Assembly (NCBI GenBank): GCA_046262175.1
Contig: JBHENF010000256.1
Span: forward strand, 1 to 50,803
DNA from: Mycobacteriales bacterium
GTDB lineage: Bacteria; Actinomycetota; Actinomycetes; Mycobacteriales; SCTD01
Direction: 5' to 3'
Length of the DNA stretch: 50,803 nt
Positions 34,992 through 47,200 of this stretch are shown piece after piece. Position 1 is the stretch's first letter, and each line of letters opens with the position of its first letter. The notes below the pieces were generated by a model that searched no databases, was not told the origin of the DNA, and saw only the letters and a list, made by a program, of their open reading frames with translations. Made by a program: the position numbers and the translations under genes.

Positions 34992-37142
34992 TCAGCCCTC
35001 CGTCTTCTTCGGCGCCGCGCCCTTCTTCGGAGCGGCCGTGCCGGCCGTCGCTTTCTTGCCCGGTGCCGCTGCGTTCTTGTCCGCCGCCGCGTTCTTGGCC
35101 GGTGCCGCCGCCTTCTTGGCCGGTGCCGCTGCGTTCTTGTCCGCCGCCGCCTTCTTGGCCGGTGCCGCCTTCTTGGCGGGCGCCTTCGCGGCCGGTGCCT
35201 TCGCGGCCGGTGCCTTCACGTCCTTGGCCGGCACCTTCGCGGTCGGTGCCGTCGTGCCCGCAGGCGCAGCCGCCTTCTTCGCAGCTGCCTTCTTGGGCGT
35301 CGGCGCGGGAGCCGGCGCGGCCGACCGCGGCTTCCCGCCGGGCACGCTCGCCGGCTTGGCCGCCGCCGCCTTCTCCGCCTTCTCCCGCTCCTCCTCGACG
35401 AGCACCCGACGCAGCACCTTGCCGACGGCCGTGCGCGGCAGCTCGTCGCGGAACTCGACGAGCTTCGGCACCTTGTACGCCGTCAGCGACGCCGCGCAAT
35501 GCGCCACCACGTCGTCCTCGGTGAGCTTCCCGCCGGGCGCGACGACGAACGCCTTCACCGTCTCGCCGCGGTACTTGTCCGGCACCCCGATGACGACCGC
35601 GTCCTGCACGCCGTCGAGCTGGAACAGCACCTCCTCGATCTCGGACGGGTAGATGTTGAACCCGCCCGCGATGATGAGCTCCTTCTTGCGGTCGACGATC
35701 GAGAAGTATCCGTCCTCGTCCATGACCGCGACGTCGCCCGTCAGCAGGTACCCGTCGGCCGTGAAGACGCCGTCCTCCTCGCGGTTCCAGTAGCCCGAGA
35801 AGACCTGTGGGCCGCGGATGCACAGCTCGCCCGGCTCCCCCACGGCCACTTCGCGCGTGCTGTCGTCGCGGTCGACGACCTTGCACAGCGTCCCGGGCAG
35901 CGGCAGCCCGATGGAGCCGGGCCGGCGGTCACCGGTCAGGGGGTTGCAGTGCGTCGACGGCGAGGTCTCGGTCAGCCCGTACCCCTCGACGAGCCGACCT
36001 CCGGAGATCTTCTCGAACTGCTCGGCGATCTCGGTGGGCAGCTTCATGGCGCCGCTGACGCAGACGCGGATCGACCGCAGGTCGTGCTGCTTGGCCTTCG
36101 GGCTGTCGCTGATCGCCTTGTAGATGGGCGGGACGCCCGGGAACGTCGTCGGCTTCCACGTGTCGATCGCTGCGAACACCAGGTCCAGGTCGAAGCGCGG
36201 CAGCAGCACCAGCGTTCCGCCGAGCAGGATCGTGGACGTCATCGCGACCGTCAGCCCGTACGCGTGGAACAGCGGGAGCACGCCGAGCGTGACCTCCTTG
36301 CCGGCCTTCGCCTCGGTGTCCCACAGGCGGTTCATGTACGCGTTGCTCACCAGGTTGGTGTGCGTGAGCATCGCGCCCTTGCTCAGCCCGGTCGTGCCGC
36401 CGGTGTACTGCAGCAGCGCGAGGTCGCGGTCGGGGTCGACCGCCACCTGCCGCGCCGGCAGCGTCGCCGCCTTGAGCAGCGCGGCGAACTGCTTCACCGG
36501 CGCGCCCTTCGGCAGCTCCGCCTCGACCTGCGCGCGCGCCTTCTTCGCCTTGGCGAGCGGCAGCTTCAGCTGCAGCTTCTTCGAGGTGGGCAGGTAGTCC
36601 GCAACCGACGTGACGACGACGTGCTCGAGGGAGGTGTCACCCTTCACCTTCGCGAGCGTCTCGTAGACGCGGTCGAGGCAGATCACGACCTTCGCGCCGC
36701 AGTCCGCGAGCTGGTGGCGCAGCTCGGCCTCGGTGTACAGCGGGTTGTGCTGGACGACCACCGCGCCGAGGCGAAGCGCGGCGAAGAACGTGATGACGTT
36801 CTGCGGGCAGTTCGGCAGCACGATGGCCACCCGGTCGCCCCTGCCCACGCCCAGCCCGGCGAGGGCGGTGGCGAACCGGTCGACGTCGTCCTTGAGCTGC
36901 TTGTACGTCACCTTGGTGCCGAGGAACGCGAGCGCCACGTGCGTCGGGAACGACGCCGCCGCGTCGTCGAGCAGCCGGGTCAGCGGCAGCTTCGGGAAGA
37001 GGAAGTCGGTCGGGATGCCGGCCGGGTAGCTCTTGGTCCAGGGCCGGTCCGCGTACGACAGGACGCTCTTCGCGGCCGCCTTGCGGGGCGCCCTCTTCGC
37101 GGGCTTGTCGACGGGAGCGGACTTCTTCGCGGGGCCTGGCAC
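34992..37142 (-). CDS. Long-chain fatty acid-CoA ligase (AMP-binding family) with Lys/Ala/Pro-rich N- and C-terminal extensions
   Basis: ORF 34992..37922 trimmed to GTG comp. 37140-37142, with AGAGG 7 nt upstream. Adenylation motifs are YTGGTTGLSKGA, EGYGLTETS and GDV...DRKKELI. The C-terminal 135 aa are PAKKAA-type low complexity. Confidence 0.85.
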   Translation of the reverse strand: MPGPAKKSAPVDKPAKRAPRKAAAKSVLSYADRPWTKSYPAGIPTDFLFPKLPLTRLLDDAAASFPTHVALAFLGTKVTYKQLKDDVDRFATALAGLGVGRGDRVAIVLPNCPQNVITFFAALRLGAVVVQHNPLYTEAELRHQLADCGAKVVICLDRVYETLAKVKGDTSLEHVVVTSVADYLPTSKKLQLKLPLAKAKKARAQVEAELPKGAPVKQFAALLKAATLPARQVAVDPDRDLALLQYTGGTTGLSKGAMLTHTNLVSNAYMNRLWDTEAKAGKEVTLGVLPLFHAYGLTVAMTSTILLGGTLVLLPRFDLDLVFAAIDTWKPTTFPGVPPIYKAISDSPKAKQHDLRSIRVCVSGAMKLPTEIAEQFEKISGGRLVEGYGLTETSPSTHCNPLTGDRRPGSIGLPLPGTLCKVVDRDDSTREVAVGEPGELCIRGPQVFSGYWNREEDGVFTADGYLLTGDVAVMDEDGYFSIVDRKKELIIAGGFNIYPSEIEEVLFQLDGVQDAVVIGVPDKYRGETVKAFVVAPGGKLTEDDVVAHCAASLTAYKVPKLVEFRDELPRTAVGKVLRRVLVEEEREKAEKAAAAKPASVPGGKPRSAAPAPAPTPKKAAAKKAAAPAGTTAPTAKVPAKDVKAPAAKAPAAKAPAKKAAPAKKAAADKNAAAPAKKAAAPAKNAAADKNAAAPGKKATAGTAAPKKGAAPKKTEG

Positions 37143-37209
37143 GGGGACGCCTCTCAGGACGGGACGGGAACGGCGGATGCTCTCACGCAGGCCGCGAGTC
37201 CCGCGCGGG

Positions 37210-37392
37210 TCATCCGCCTGCCGGCGTGCTCGTCCCGCTGTCGACGGTGACGTCCTGGAACGGCAGCAGCCGCTCGACCTGCGGGAAGACGAACAGGAAC
37301 AAGGCGACGACCGCGGCCGCCGCCAGCAGCAGGCTGCACAGCAGCTTGCCGACGAGCCCGCCCGGAAAGACGCGCCACAGGAACCCGTACAT
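37210..37392 (-). CDS. Small hydrophobic membrane protein, hypothetical
   Basis: 60-aa ORF with one TM (LLCSLLLAAAAVVALFLFVF). Its start lies 1 nt after the sortase stop, so it is tightly packed in the same operon. Confidence 0.45.
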   Translation of the reverse strand: MYGFLWRVFPGGLVGKLLCSLLLAAAAVVALFLFVFPQVERLLPFQDVTVDSGTSTPAGG

Positions 37393-37393
37393 C

Positions 37394-38089
37394 TCAGCTC
37401 TGCCCGGTCAGCGCCGGCGGGTCGCCGGCCGTCTTGGCCAGCGACGTCTCGAGCTCGGCGGAGATGATGAGCCGGGTGCGCGCGGAGTACTTGGGGTTGC
37501 AGGTCGTCAGGGTGAGCAGCTTCTTCGTCGGCTGCGCCGTGCGGTTGCCCGGCACCGGGTAGGTGACCTCGACCGCCGTGGGCGCCACGACCTGCTGCTT
37601 GGTGACGCGGTACGTGAACCACGTGTCGCGGGTCTCGAGGACGACCGCGTCGCCGACGCGCAGCTCGTCGAGCCGGTTGAACGGCGCGCCGTACGTCGTG
37701 CGGTGCCCGCTCACGACGACGTTCCCCACCTGCCCGGGCAGCGCGGTGCCCGGGTAGTGGCCCGGGCCGCGCTTGAGGTCCTCGTGCGAGACGCCCTCGA
37801 CCACGACCTTCGCCTTGCTGCCGACCATGCCGACGCGCGGGATCCACATCTCGGCGAACCCGGACCCGAGGCTGACGCCGACCAGCGTCGCGTCGGCCTT
37901 GGCCGGCGCCGGCTTCGCCCACTGCTCGCGCAGGTCGCCGCCGAGCCGGGACTGCTCCTTGTTCGTGTAGACGTTGGTGAAGTAGACCTCGTAGACGCAG
38001 AACAGCAGCACCACCAGACCCAGCGTGATGAGGGTCTGCCCGATCCCGCGCAGGACGGTGCGGACCGCGTCGCCGGCAGTGGTCGTCAC
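37394..38089 (-). CDS. Class E sortase
   Basis: 231-aa ORF with an N-terminal TM, the catalytic His context VVSGHRTTYG, the Cys motif LTLTTCNP and a downstream Arg. This is the typical actinobacterial housekeeping sortase position next to crgA. Confidence 0.85.
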   Translation of the reverse strand: MTTTAGDAVRTVLRGIGQTLITLGLVVLLFCVYEVYFTNVYTNKEQSRLGGDLREQWAKPAPAKADATLVGVSLGSGFAEMWIPRVGMVGSKAKVVVEGVSHEDLKRGPGHYPGTALPGQVGNVVVSGHRTTYGAPFNRLDELRVGDAVVLETRDTWFTYRVTKQQVVAPTAVEVTYPVPGNRTAQPTKKLLTLTTCNPKYSARTRLIISAELETSLAKTAGDPPALTGQS

Positions 38090-38093
38090 GGGC

Positions 38094-38849
38094 TCACCGC
38101 GGACCGGTCACGTGCGGCAGCTCGAGAAGCCCCTCGTACGCGGGCAGGGACATGGCGCGGGACCTCCGTACCGAGTAGCCCAGGCCGTACTCCTCGACGA
38201 ACGTCCGGAAGAACTGAACCCCCGGCTCCGCGTCGAGCGCGTCGCGCATCGCGTCCGGATCGCCGATCGCCTTCACCACGAACGGCGGGCTGTAGACCCG
38301 GCCGTGCAGGACGACGGTGTTGCCGACGCACCGCACGGCGCTGGTCGAGATGACCCGCTGCCCCATCAGGGTCATCGCCTCGGCCCCGCCGGCCCACAGC
38401 GCGTTGACCACCGCCTGCACGTCCTGCTGGTGGACGACCAGGTCGTCCGGATCCTTCGACGCCGCATCGACCCCGTCCTGTCGGGGTGCGTCGTCGAGGC
38501 TGACCGTCAGCCCGGGGCCGGTGACCGCCTCGAGCCCGGCGGCACCGGCGAGCGCGTCGGCGCGCACCCGCTCGGCGGCCACCCTGCTGTTGCCCGCGGC
38601 CGCGGTGGACTGCAGCGCGGCGACCTGCCGGCGCAGCGCGGTCGCCTGGCGCTCCTGCCGGGCGACGTCGTCGCTCTGCGCGGAGATCAGCTCGGTCACC
38701 TGACTGCGCCGCCCGGACCGGAGGTCGGTTCCCTGCGCCGTGGCGGCGCTGGTCGCGAACAGCAGGCCGGCGAGCAGCGCCGTGATCGGCACGAGCGCGC
38801 TCCACACGCGACCGCGCCTGCCGCCTTCGCCCGCCTGCTGCAAGGACAT
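38094..38849 (-). CDS. DUF881-domain membrane protein (Rv0012-like, division-associated)
   Basis: 251-aa ORF with an N-terminal TM, a coiled-coil region and the C-terminal block VHQQDVQAVVNALWAGGAEAM...VGNTVVLHG. It is divergent from crgA. Confidence 0.75.
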   Translation of the reverse strand: MSLQQAGEGGRRGRVWSALVPITALLAGLLFATSAATAQGTDLRSGRRSQVTELISAQSDDVARQERQATALRRQVAALQSTAAAGNSRVAAERVRADALAGAAGLEAVTGPGLTVSLDDAPRQDGVDAASKDPDDLVVHQQDVQAVVNALWAGGAEAMTLMGQRVISTSAVRCVGNTVVLHGRVYSPPFVVKAIGDPDAMRDALDAEPGVQFFRTFVEEYGLGYSVRRSRAMSLPAYEGLLELPHVTGPR

Positions 38850-38869
38850 CGTTCCCTTACGCTAGCCGG

Positions 38870-39127
38870 GTGCCCGAGTCGAAGAAGCGCAAGAAGGCCG
38901 TCTACACGCCGCCGCCCGCCCCGGGGTCGGTGAAGAAGAAGAAGCCGAGCCCGGTGTGGCTCGCGCCGCTGATGCTCGCGCTGTTCGGCATCGGCATCCT
39001 GTGGCTGGTCGTCTTCTACATCACGCAGGGCGACATGCCGGTCGTCGGCTCCCTCGACAACTGGAACCTCGTCGTCGGGTTCGGCTTCATCGTCGCGGGG
39101 TTCGCCTTGTCGACGCAGTGGCGCTGA
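38870..39127 (+). CDS. crgA: Cell division protein CrgA
   Basis: 85-aa ORF reading (M)PESKKRKKAVYTPP. It has two TM segments (VWLAPLMLALFGIGILWLVVFY and LVVGFGFIVAGFAL), the canonical CrgA architecture. Confidence 0.85.
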   Translation: MPESKKRKKAVYTPPPAPGSVKKKKPSPVWLAPLMLALFGIGILWLVVFYITQGDMPVVGSLDNWNLVVGFGFIVAGFALSTQWR

Positions 39128-39204
39128 CGGCTCTTCCAGTCCGGCTGCCAGCCCAGATCACACGGTTGTAGTTCTCCCCAGCGGTTGTCCCCAGTGTGGA
39201 CAAG

Positions 39205-39240
39205 CAGAAGGCGCCGCCCCCGTCGGGGCGGCGCCTTCTG
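39205..39240. terminator. Bidirectional intrinsic-terminator-like hairpin between crgA and the thiolase gene
   Basis: CAGAAGGCGCCGCCCC-CGTC-GGGGCGGCGCCTTCTG forms a perfect 16-bp GC-rich stem with a 4-nt loop. It sits between convergent genes. Confidence 0.7.
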
Positions 39241-39247
39241 AGCGTCT

Positions 39248-40390
<1,143 letters not shown>

Positions 40391-40448
40391 GGGGTCCTCC
40401 GGTTAGTCGTGGTTCACAAATGTACGACGGCAGCTGCATGGCAGGCTT

Positions 40449-40853
40449 GTGACGGTGGACACCCTGGTCGTGCCGGCGCGTCGGCAGGTCGGGTACGCAC
40501 TGCTGGGGCTGGCCGCGGTGCTCGCCGTGGCGACGGTGCTGTCGGACCCGGCGGGGCGGCTGCTGACCGCGCCGGGCGTCGTCGGTGCGCTGGTGCTGGC
40601 GCTGCGGGACGTGCGCGGCGGCGAGCTGCTCCGCGCCGACGCCGACGGGCTGACGGTCCGCAGCGGCTGGCGCACGGTCGCCGCTCCGTGGCCGGAGGTC
40701 GAGCGGATGCGGGTGGCCCGCGACCGCCGGACCGAGCTGCTGGAGCTGGATCTCGGCCGCACCGTGGTGCTGCTGACCCGCAACCGGATGGGCCGGCTGC
40801 CCGCGGACGTGCTGACCGAGCTGCTGGCTGTGCGGGACCAGGTCAGCCGGTGA
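40449..40853 (+). CDS. Membrane-anchored bacterial PH-domain protein (bPH_6 / Rv0010c-like)
   Basis: 134-aa ORF with two N-terminal TM segments followed by a PH-like region (LLRADADGLTVRSGWRTVAAPWPEVERMRV). Its 3' end overlaps the rhomboid 3' end by 11 bp. Confidence 0.65.
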   Translation: MTVDTLVVPARRQVGYALLGLAAVLAVATVLSDPAGRLLTAPGVVGALVLALRDVRGGELLRADADGLTVRSGWRTVAAPWPEVERMRVARDRRTELLELDLGRTVVLLTRNRMGRLPADVLTELLAVRDQVSR

Positions 40854-41706
40854 GGGCGCCGGTACGGACGACGACGGCCACCGCGAGCAGAAGGGCCACG
40901 CCGGCGACCACCGCCGCGTGCAGCCGGGCCTGCTGCGAACCGCGCGGCAGGTAGGCGAAGGCCGCCGCGATCAGCGCCCCCGTCACGAGGCCGCCGAGGT
41001 GCGCGCGGTAGTCGATGTTGCGCACCGTGAAGGTGATGACCAGGTTGATCCCGAGCAGGACGAGGATCGACTGGGTGTCGCCGCCGAGCTTGCGTACGAC
41101 GACGTAGTACGCGCCGAACAGGCCGAAGATCGCGCCAGACGCGCCGACGCTGGGCTGGTTCAACGGGGCGAACAGGTACCCGGTCACCGACCCGCCGAGG
41201 GCGGACAGCAGGTAGAGCGCCAGGAAGCGCCACCGGCCGAGCGCCTGCTCGAGCAGCGGCCCGATCTGCACCAGCGCGAACATGTTGAACAGGATGTGGA
41301 ACAGCCCCGCGTGCAGGAAGGCTGCCGTCACGAGCCGGTAGTACTGGCCGTTGCCCACGCCGACCAGCTGGCCCTGCTGCGTGACGGCGAGCGCCAGGTT
41401 GCCGAAGCGCTCGGACAGGTTGGGCACGCCGAACCCGACCAGGAAGACCAGGACGTTCAGCCCGATCAGGACGCCGGTGACTCGGCCGACGTCTGCGCTG
41501 ACCCGGCCGCCGAGGACGGTGCGCGGCTGCCGAACCGACTTCGCGCCCTCGGCCACGCACTCCGGGCACTGGAACCCGACCGACGCCGACCGCATGCAGT
41601 CGGGGCAGATCGGCCGCTCGCACCGCGTGCAGCGGACGTAGGTCTCCCGGTCGGGGTGCCGGTAGCAGACCGGCGGGCTCTCGACCGCCGGCTCGGGGCT
41701 GCTCAG
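40843..41706 (-). CDS. Rhomboid-family intramembrane serine protease with an N-terminal Cys-rich zinc ribbon (start uncertain)
   Basis: The C-terminal part of ORF 40843..42111 has the catalytic GASGAIFG and the His in RAHLGG, within a 6-TM core. The N-terminal sequence is PPVCYRHPDRETYVRCTRCERPICPDC...CPEC. The upper coordinate is a CTG overlapping the ppiA stop. The first canonical in-frame start is ATG comp. 41593-41595. Confidence 0.7.
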   Translation of the reverse strand: MSSPEPAVESPPVCYRHPDRETYVRCTRCERPICPDCMRSASVGFQCPECVAEGAKSVRQPRTVLGGRVSADVGRVTGVLIGLNVLVFLVGFGVPNLSERFGNLALAVTQQGQLVGVGNGQYYRLVTAAFLHAGLFHILFNMFALVQIGPLLEQALGRWRFLALYLLSALGGSVTGYLFAPLNQPSVGASGAIFGLFGAYYVVVRKLGGDTQSILVLLGINLVITFTVRNIDYRAHLGGLVTGALIAAAFAYLPRGSQQARLHAAVVAGVALLLAVAVVVRTGALTG

Positions 41707-42233
41707 CTGCTGACTTCCTCGATGTCGATCTTCTCGATCACGACGTCCTCGCGCGGCCGGTCCATCGCGCCGGTGGCCGTGGTGGCGATGCGGTCGACCA
41801 CGTCGCGGCTCGTCTGGTCGGCCACCTCGCCGAAGATCGTGTGCTTGCCGGTGAGGTGGGTCGTGTTCGTGACCGTGATGAAGAACTGCGAGCCGTTGGT
41901 GCCCGGCCCGGCGTTGGCCATGGCGAGCAGGTACGGCTTGGTGAACGCGAGCTCGGGGTGGATCTCGTCCTTGAACCGGTACCCGGGGCCGCCGGTGCCG
42001 GTGCCGAGCGGGTCCCCGCCCTGGATCATGAAGCCGGAGATGACGCGGTGGAAGACGGTGCCGTTGTAGAGCGGCCCGTCCCCCTTCTTGCCGGTCTTCG
42101 GGTCGGTCCACTCGCCGCTGCCGTCGGCGAGGCCCACGAAGTTCTGCACCGTCTTCGGGGCGTGGTCCGGGAACAGCTGCACACGGATGGTGCCCGAGTT
42201 CGTGTGCAGGGTGGCGAACAGGTCGCGGGCCAC
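41703..42233 (-). CDS. ppiA: Peptidyl-prolyl cis-trans isomerase (cyclophilin type)
   Basis: 176-aa ORF with FHRVISGFMIQGGDP and GPGTNGSQFFIT. It is the positional equivalent of Rv0009. Confidence 0.9.
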   Translation of the reverse strand: MARDLFATLHTNSGTIRVQLFPDHAPKTVQNFVGLADGSGEWTDPKTGKKGDGPLYNGTVFHRVISGFMIQGGDPLGTGTGGPGYRFKDEIHPELAFTKPYLLAMANAGPGTNGSQFFITVTNTTHLTGKHTIFGEVADQTSRDVVDRIATTATGAMDRPREDVVIEKIDIEEVSS

Positions 42234-42323
42234 GAGGCTCCTTCGAGAGGTCAGCTGGGTTGCCCTCGATCCTACGGGCGGCCGCCGTGACAGGCTGGTC
42301 CGAGTCCGACCGGAGGAGCAGCC

Positions 42324-42575
42324 GTGCAGGGAATCGACGACGACGTCCTCGGTGAGGCGCGGCTGCGCACGACGGCTGCCTGGGGCGCGCTGCGCGGCGG
42401 CCCGGTCGACCCGCCGATCGCGCGGCGCCGCTGGCCGGTCGCGCTGATCGCGGCGCTGGCCGGGGCGGCCGGCGGCGTGGTCGTCGCGCTGCTGCTGCGG
42501 CGGGTGCGCACGTCGGACGCGCCGGATGCGGTCGAGCCCGAGCAGCTGGAAGCGGTCGTCGACCGCGCCCGCTAG
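42324..42575 (+). CDS. Small single-TM protein, hypothetical
   Basis: 83-aa ORF. The GTG start is preceded by GGAGGA 6 nt upstream. It has one TM (VALIAALAGAAGGVVVALLL). No family was recognised. Confidence 0.4.
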   Translation: MQGIDDDVLGEARLRTTAAWGALRGGPVDPPIARRRWPVALIAALAGAAGGVVVALLLRRVRTSDAPDAVEPEQLEAVVDRAR

Positions 42576-42576
42576 C

Positions 42577-44270
<1,694 letters not shown>

Positions 44271-44274
<4 letters not shown>

Positions 44275-47200
44275 GCCGTGGCACCTCCTCCGGTCGTGAG
44301 CGACCGTACCCGCGGGCCGAAGGCCAGCTCCGGCTCAGCGCTGACCGGTGCCGCCGCGAGCTTGGGGTCGCGACGGTCGATCCGGTTCTGCACGAGCAGG
44401 AACAGGACAACGATGAACAACAGCGCAAGGGGCAGCTGCGGTCTAGTGATCGTCGAGTTCAGGACGTTCTTGATGGCATCGGGCACCCGAGTTCCCTCGG
44501 CCAGCCCGGGCGGGATGCGCGGCAGGCCGAGCGCCTTGCCGATGCTCTCGACGGCGCGCTTGATCGGCTCGGCGGCACGCGCGATGGCGTCGAGCTTCGG
44601 GTGGTCGGCCTCCGGAAGGCTGAGGGGGGTCCGGCCGGGCGCGGGCGGCGGCGGGACGTCCGGGCTGCCGAAGCCGCCCCTGTCCACCGGCGGCCGGGGG
44701 GTGAACGGGTCGCTGCCGCCGACCGTGCCCCCGCCGGTCGGGCTGTCGATGCGGTCGCGCACCAGCACCGGCGTCGTCAGCGTGTAGCTGCCGAGCGTCG
44801 GCCGGCTCGCGTTGCCGGCCGTGTCGACGTACTGCACGGACAGCGTCCAGGTCCCCGGCTGGCTGAGCCGGTCGAGCCGGAACTCGCCGTTGCACGGGCT
44901 CTCGGTCACGACGCCGTCGTGCGTCAGGCGGCACAGCGCCGTCGCGTCGTCGATGACCGCGAACGTCCACCTGACGGACCCGGACGTGCCGCGCAGCGGC
45001 GGCTTGCTGGTGAAGAAGGGCGCCGGCGGCGGCGTCGTGTCGTACCGGTACGTGCTGCTGCCGGGGTCGCTCACGTTCCCGGCGAGGTCGGTCAGCCGGA
45101 CCTGCGCGGTGAAGCTGCCCTGGCCGAAGCGGCCGAGGCTGGCCGTGAACGGCGAGTCGCAGACGGTGTACGGCGCCGTCGGGTTGTCGCCCTTGAGCAG
45201 CCGGCACTCGGCGAGCAGGTCCGGGTCGTCGGCCCACGACCACGAGACCTCCGCCTCGTTGCCGACCGGGTCCTGCCCGGGCACGAGCACGGGCGGGTTC
45301 GGCCGCAGCGTGTCGAGCTGGTACCAGGACGTGCTGGCCGGGCCGGCAGCGGTGGTCCCGTCGGCCGCGGTGCGGAGCTCGAGCTGGTAGCGGCCGTCTC
45401 CGGTCGTGGAGCCGGTGTAGCTGCCGGCGCAGGGCTGCCAGGTGCCGCCGTTGCCGTTGACGCCCCAGCGGCACTCGGTCGCCGCGCCGCCCACCGTGAG
45501 CGCCCCGGCCCGCAGCAGGGCCGGCGTCGTGGCGACGATCGGTGCGGCGACGAGCCACGTCGGGCTGAGATCGACGCCCGGGCTGACGGGGGTCTCGACG
45601 AACATCGCCAGCGCCGCTGCCGTGCGGTCGAAGTCGTAGCTGCTCTCGACGACCTTCGAGGTGTTCAGCGCCAGGTCGACCGAGCGGACCTGCAGGGTGT
45701 AGCGGCCGTCCGGCCGACCGGTGAGGAACAGCGTGTACGGGCTGGCGCAGGTTCCCCAGTCCTCGGTGAGCTGGCCGTTGAGCAGGATGCGGCACTGAGC
45801 CGTGGCGCGGCCGGTCGTGAACGCCCACCGCGGGTCGACGGTCGAGCTGGGGCTGCCGGGCGCCATCGTGAAGACCGGAGCCGTCGGCGGCACGGTGCGA
45901 AGGACGTACCCCTTCGTGACGGGGGCGCTCTGGTTGCCGGCCTGGTCGACCGCGCGGACGGACATCGTGTACGAGCCGTCGGCGGCGTTGCTGAGGTCCA
46001 TGATGTACGGCGAGTCGCACGGGCCATCGCTGATGACCTTCTCGCCGAGCGTCACCTTGCAGAGCGCCTTGCTGCCGGGCGGCAGGACGAACGTCCAGCG
46101 CGGTGCGCGGTTCTGCGACGGGCCGACGGGGTCGACGGTCAGCGCTGTCGGCTTCTCCGCCGCGGTGGTGTCGTACTCATACAGGCTCGTCGTGTCCGGA
46201 CCTGGTGTGCCGGCGGCGCTGAGGGCGTGCACCGTGAGCGTGTAAGTGCCGTCGCCGAGGCCGCTCAGGTCGGCGCTGAAGGTGTCCGTGCAGGGCGCCC
46301 AGGGCTTGACGACGGTGGAGCCGCGGGTGAGCTGGCACTCCAGCTTCACGCCGGTGCCGCTGGTGATGGTCCACGTCGGGGTCGAGAGCCGGCCGGGGCT
46401 GGCCGGCCCGATGATGCCGACCGCGGCGGGCGCGGACGTGTCGAGGACGTAGTCGCTGGTCGCGATGGTGCCGCCGACGTTGCCGGCCGCGTCGGTGAGG
46501 CGGACGTGCAGGGTGTACGTGCCGTCGCCGCGGGTGAGCTCGGGGGCGGTGAACAGCGACCCGGCGGCGGACACCGCGCACGGCGCCCAGTCCTGCAGCA
46601 CCTCGCCGAACACGGTGACCTGGCACTCGGCGGTGACGTTCGGCTCGGCCGAGGCGATGGCCCAGACGGGGCGCAGCACGGTCGACGGCGACGGCGGCGC
46701 CGTGATGGTCGCGGCCGCCGGGCCGGCCGTGTCGAGCCGGTAGCGGCTGCTGGACGCAGCCGTCGTGCCGACCACGCGGGCCTCGAGGGCGTACACGCCG
46801 TCCGGCTGGCCGTACAGGTCGGCCGTGTACGTGCCGCTGCAGGCGGCCCAGTCCTTCACGACGGTGAGGCCGCGGACGAGCCGGCACTCAGCGGGTGCGG
46901 CCGAGGCGACCTTCCAGGCCGGGGTGCGGGTGCTGCCCGGGGTCACCGGACCGGTCAGACGCGGCGCGACAGGGGCGTTGCTGTCGAGGGTGAAGGTGGA
47001 CGTCGCCGCCGCGGACGTGTTGCCGGCCGCGTCCTTCACCGTGATGGCGAGGTCGTAGGCGCCGTCCGTCGAGCCGGACAGGTCCAGCGTCAGCGGGCTC
47101 GTGCACGTCAGCTCCTTGACGGCACCGGCCGGCGTCGTGAGCCGGCAGGTGGGGATGGCGCCGGCCTCGGTGCTGAAGGCGTACACGGGGGCGCGGTCGG

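Noticed and set aside
34908-37250. 780-aa plus-strand ORF antisense to the acyl-CoA ligase, and a similar 1034-aa ORF (44601..47705) antisense to the giant gene
   Set aside because: The translations are Arg/Gly/Asp-rich junk, while the minus strand carries clear AMP-binding motifs and Ig-like repeat periodicity respectively.
44490-44504. LAEGT in the C-terminal region of the giant protein as a possible class E sortase (LAXTG) sorting signal
   Set aside because: The residue order does not fit LAxTG. It lies about 25 residues before the TM rather than immediately before it. The tail after the TM is long (about 39 aa) rather than a short positively charged stub.
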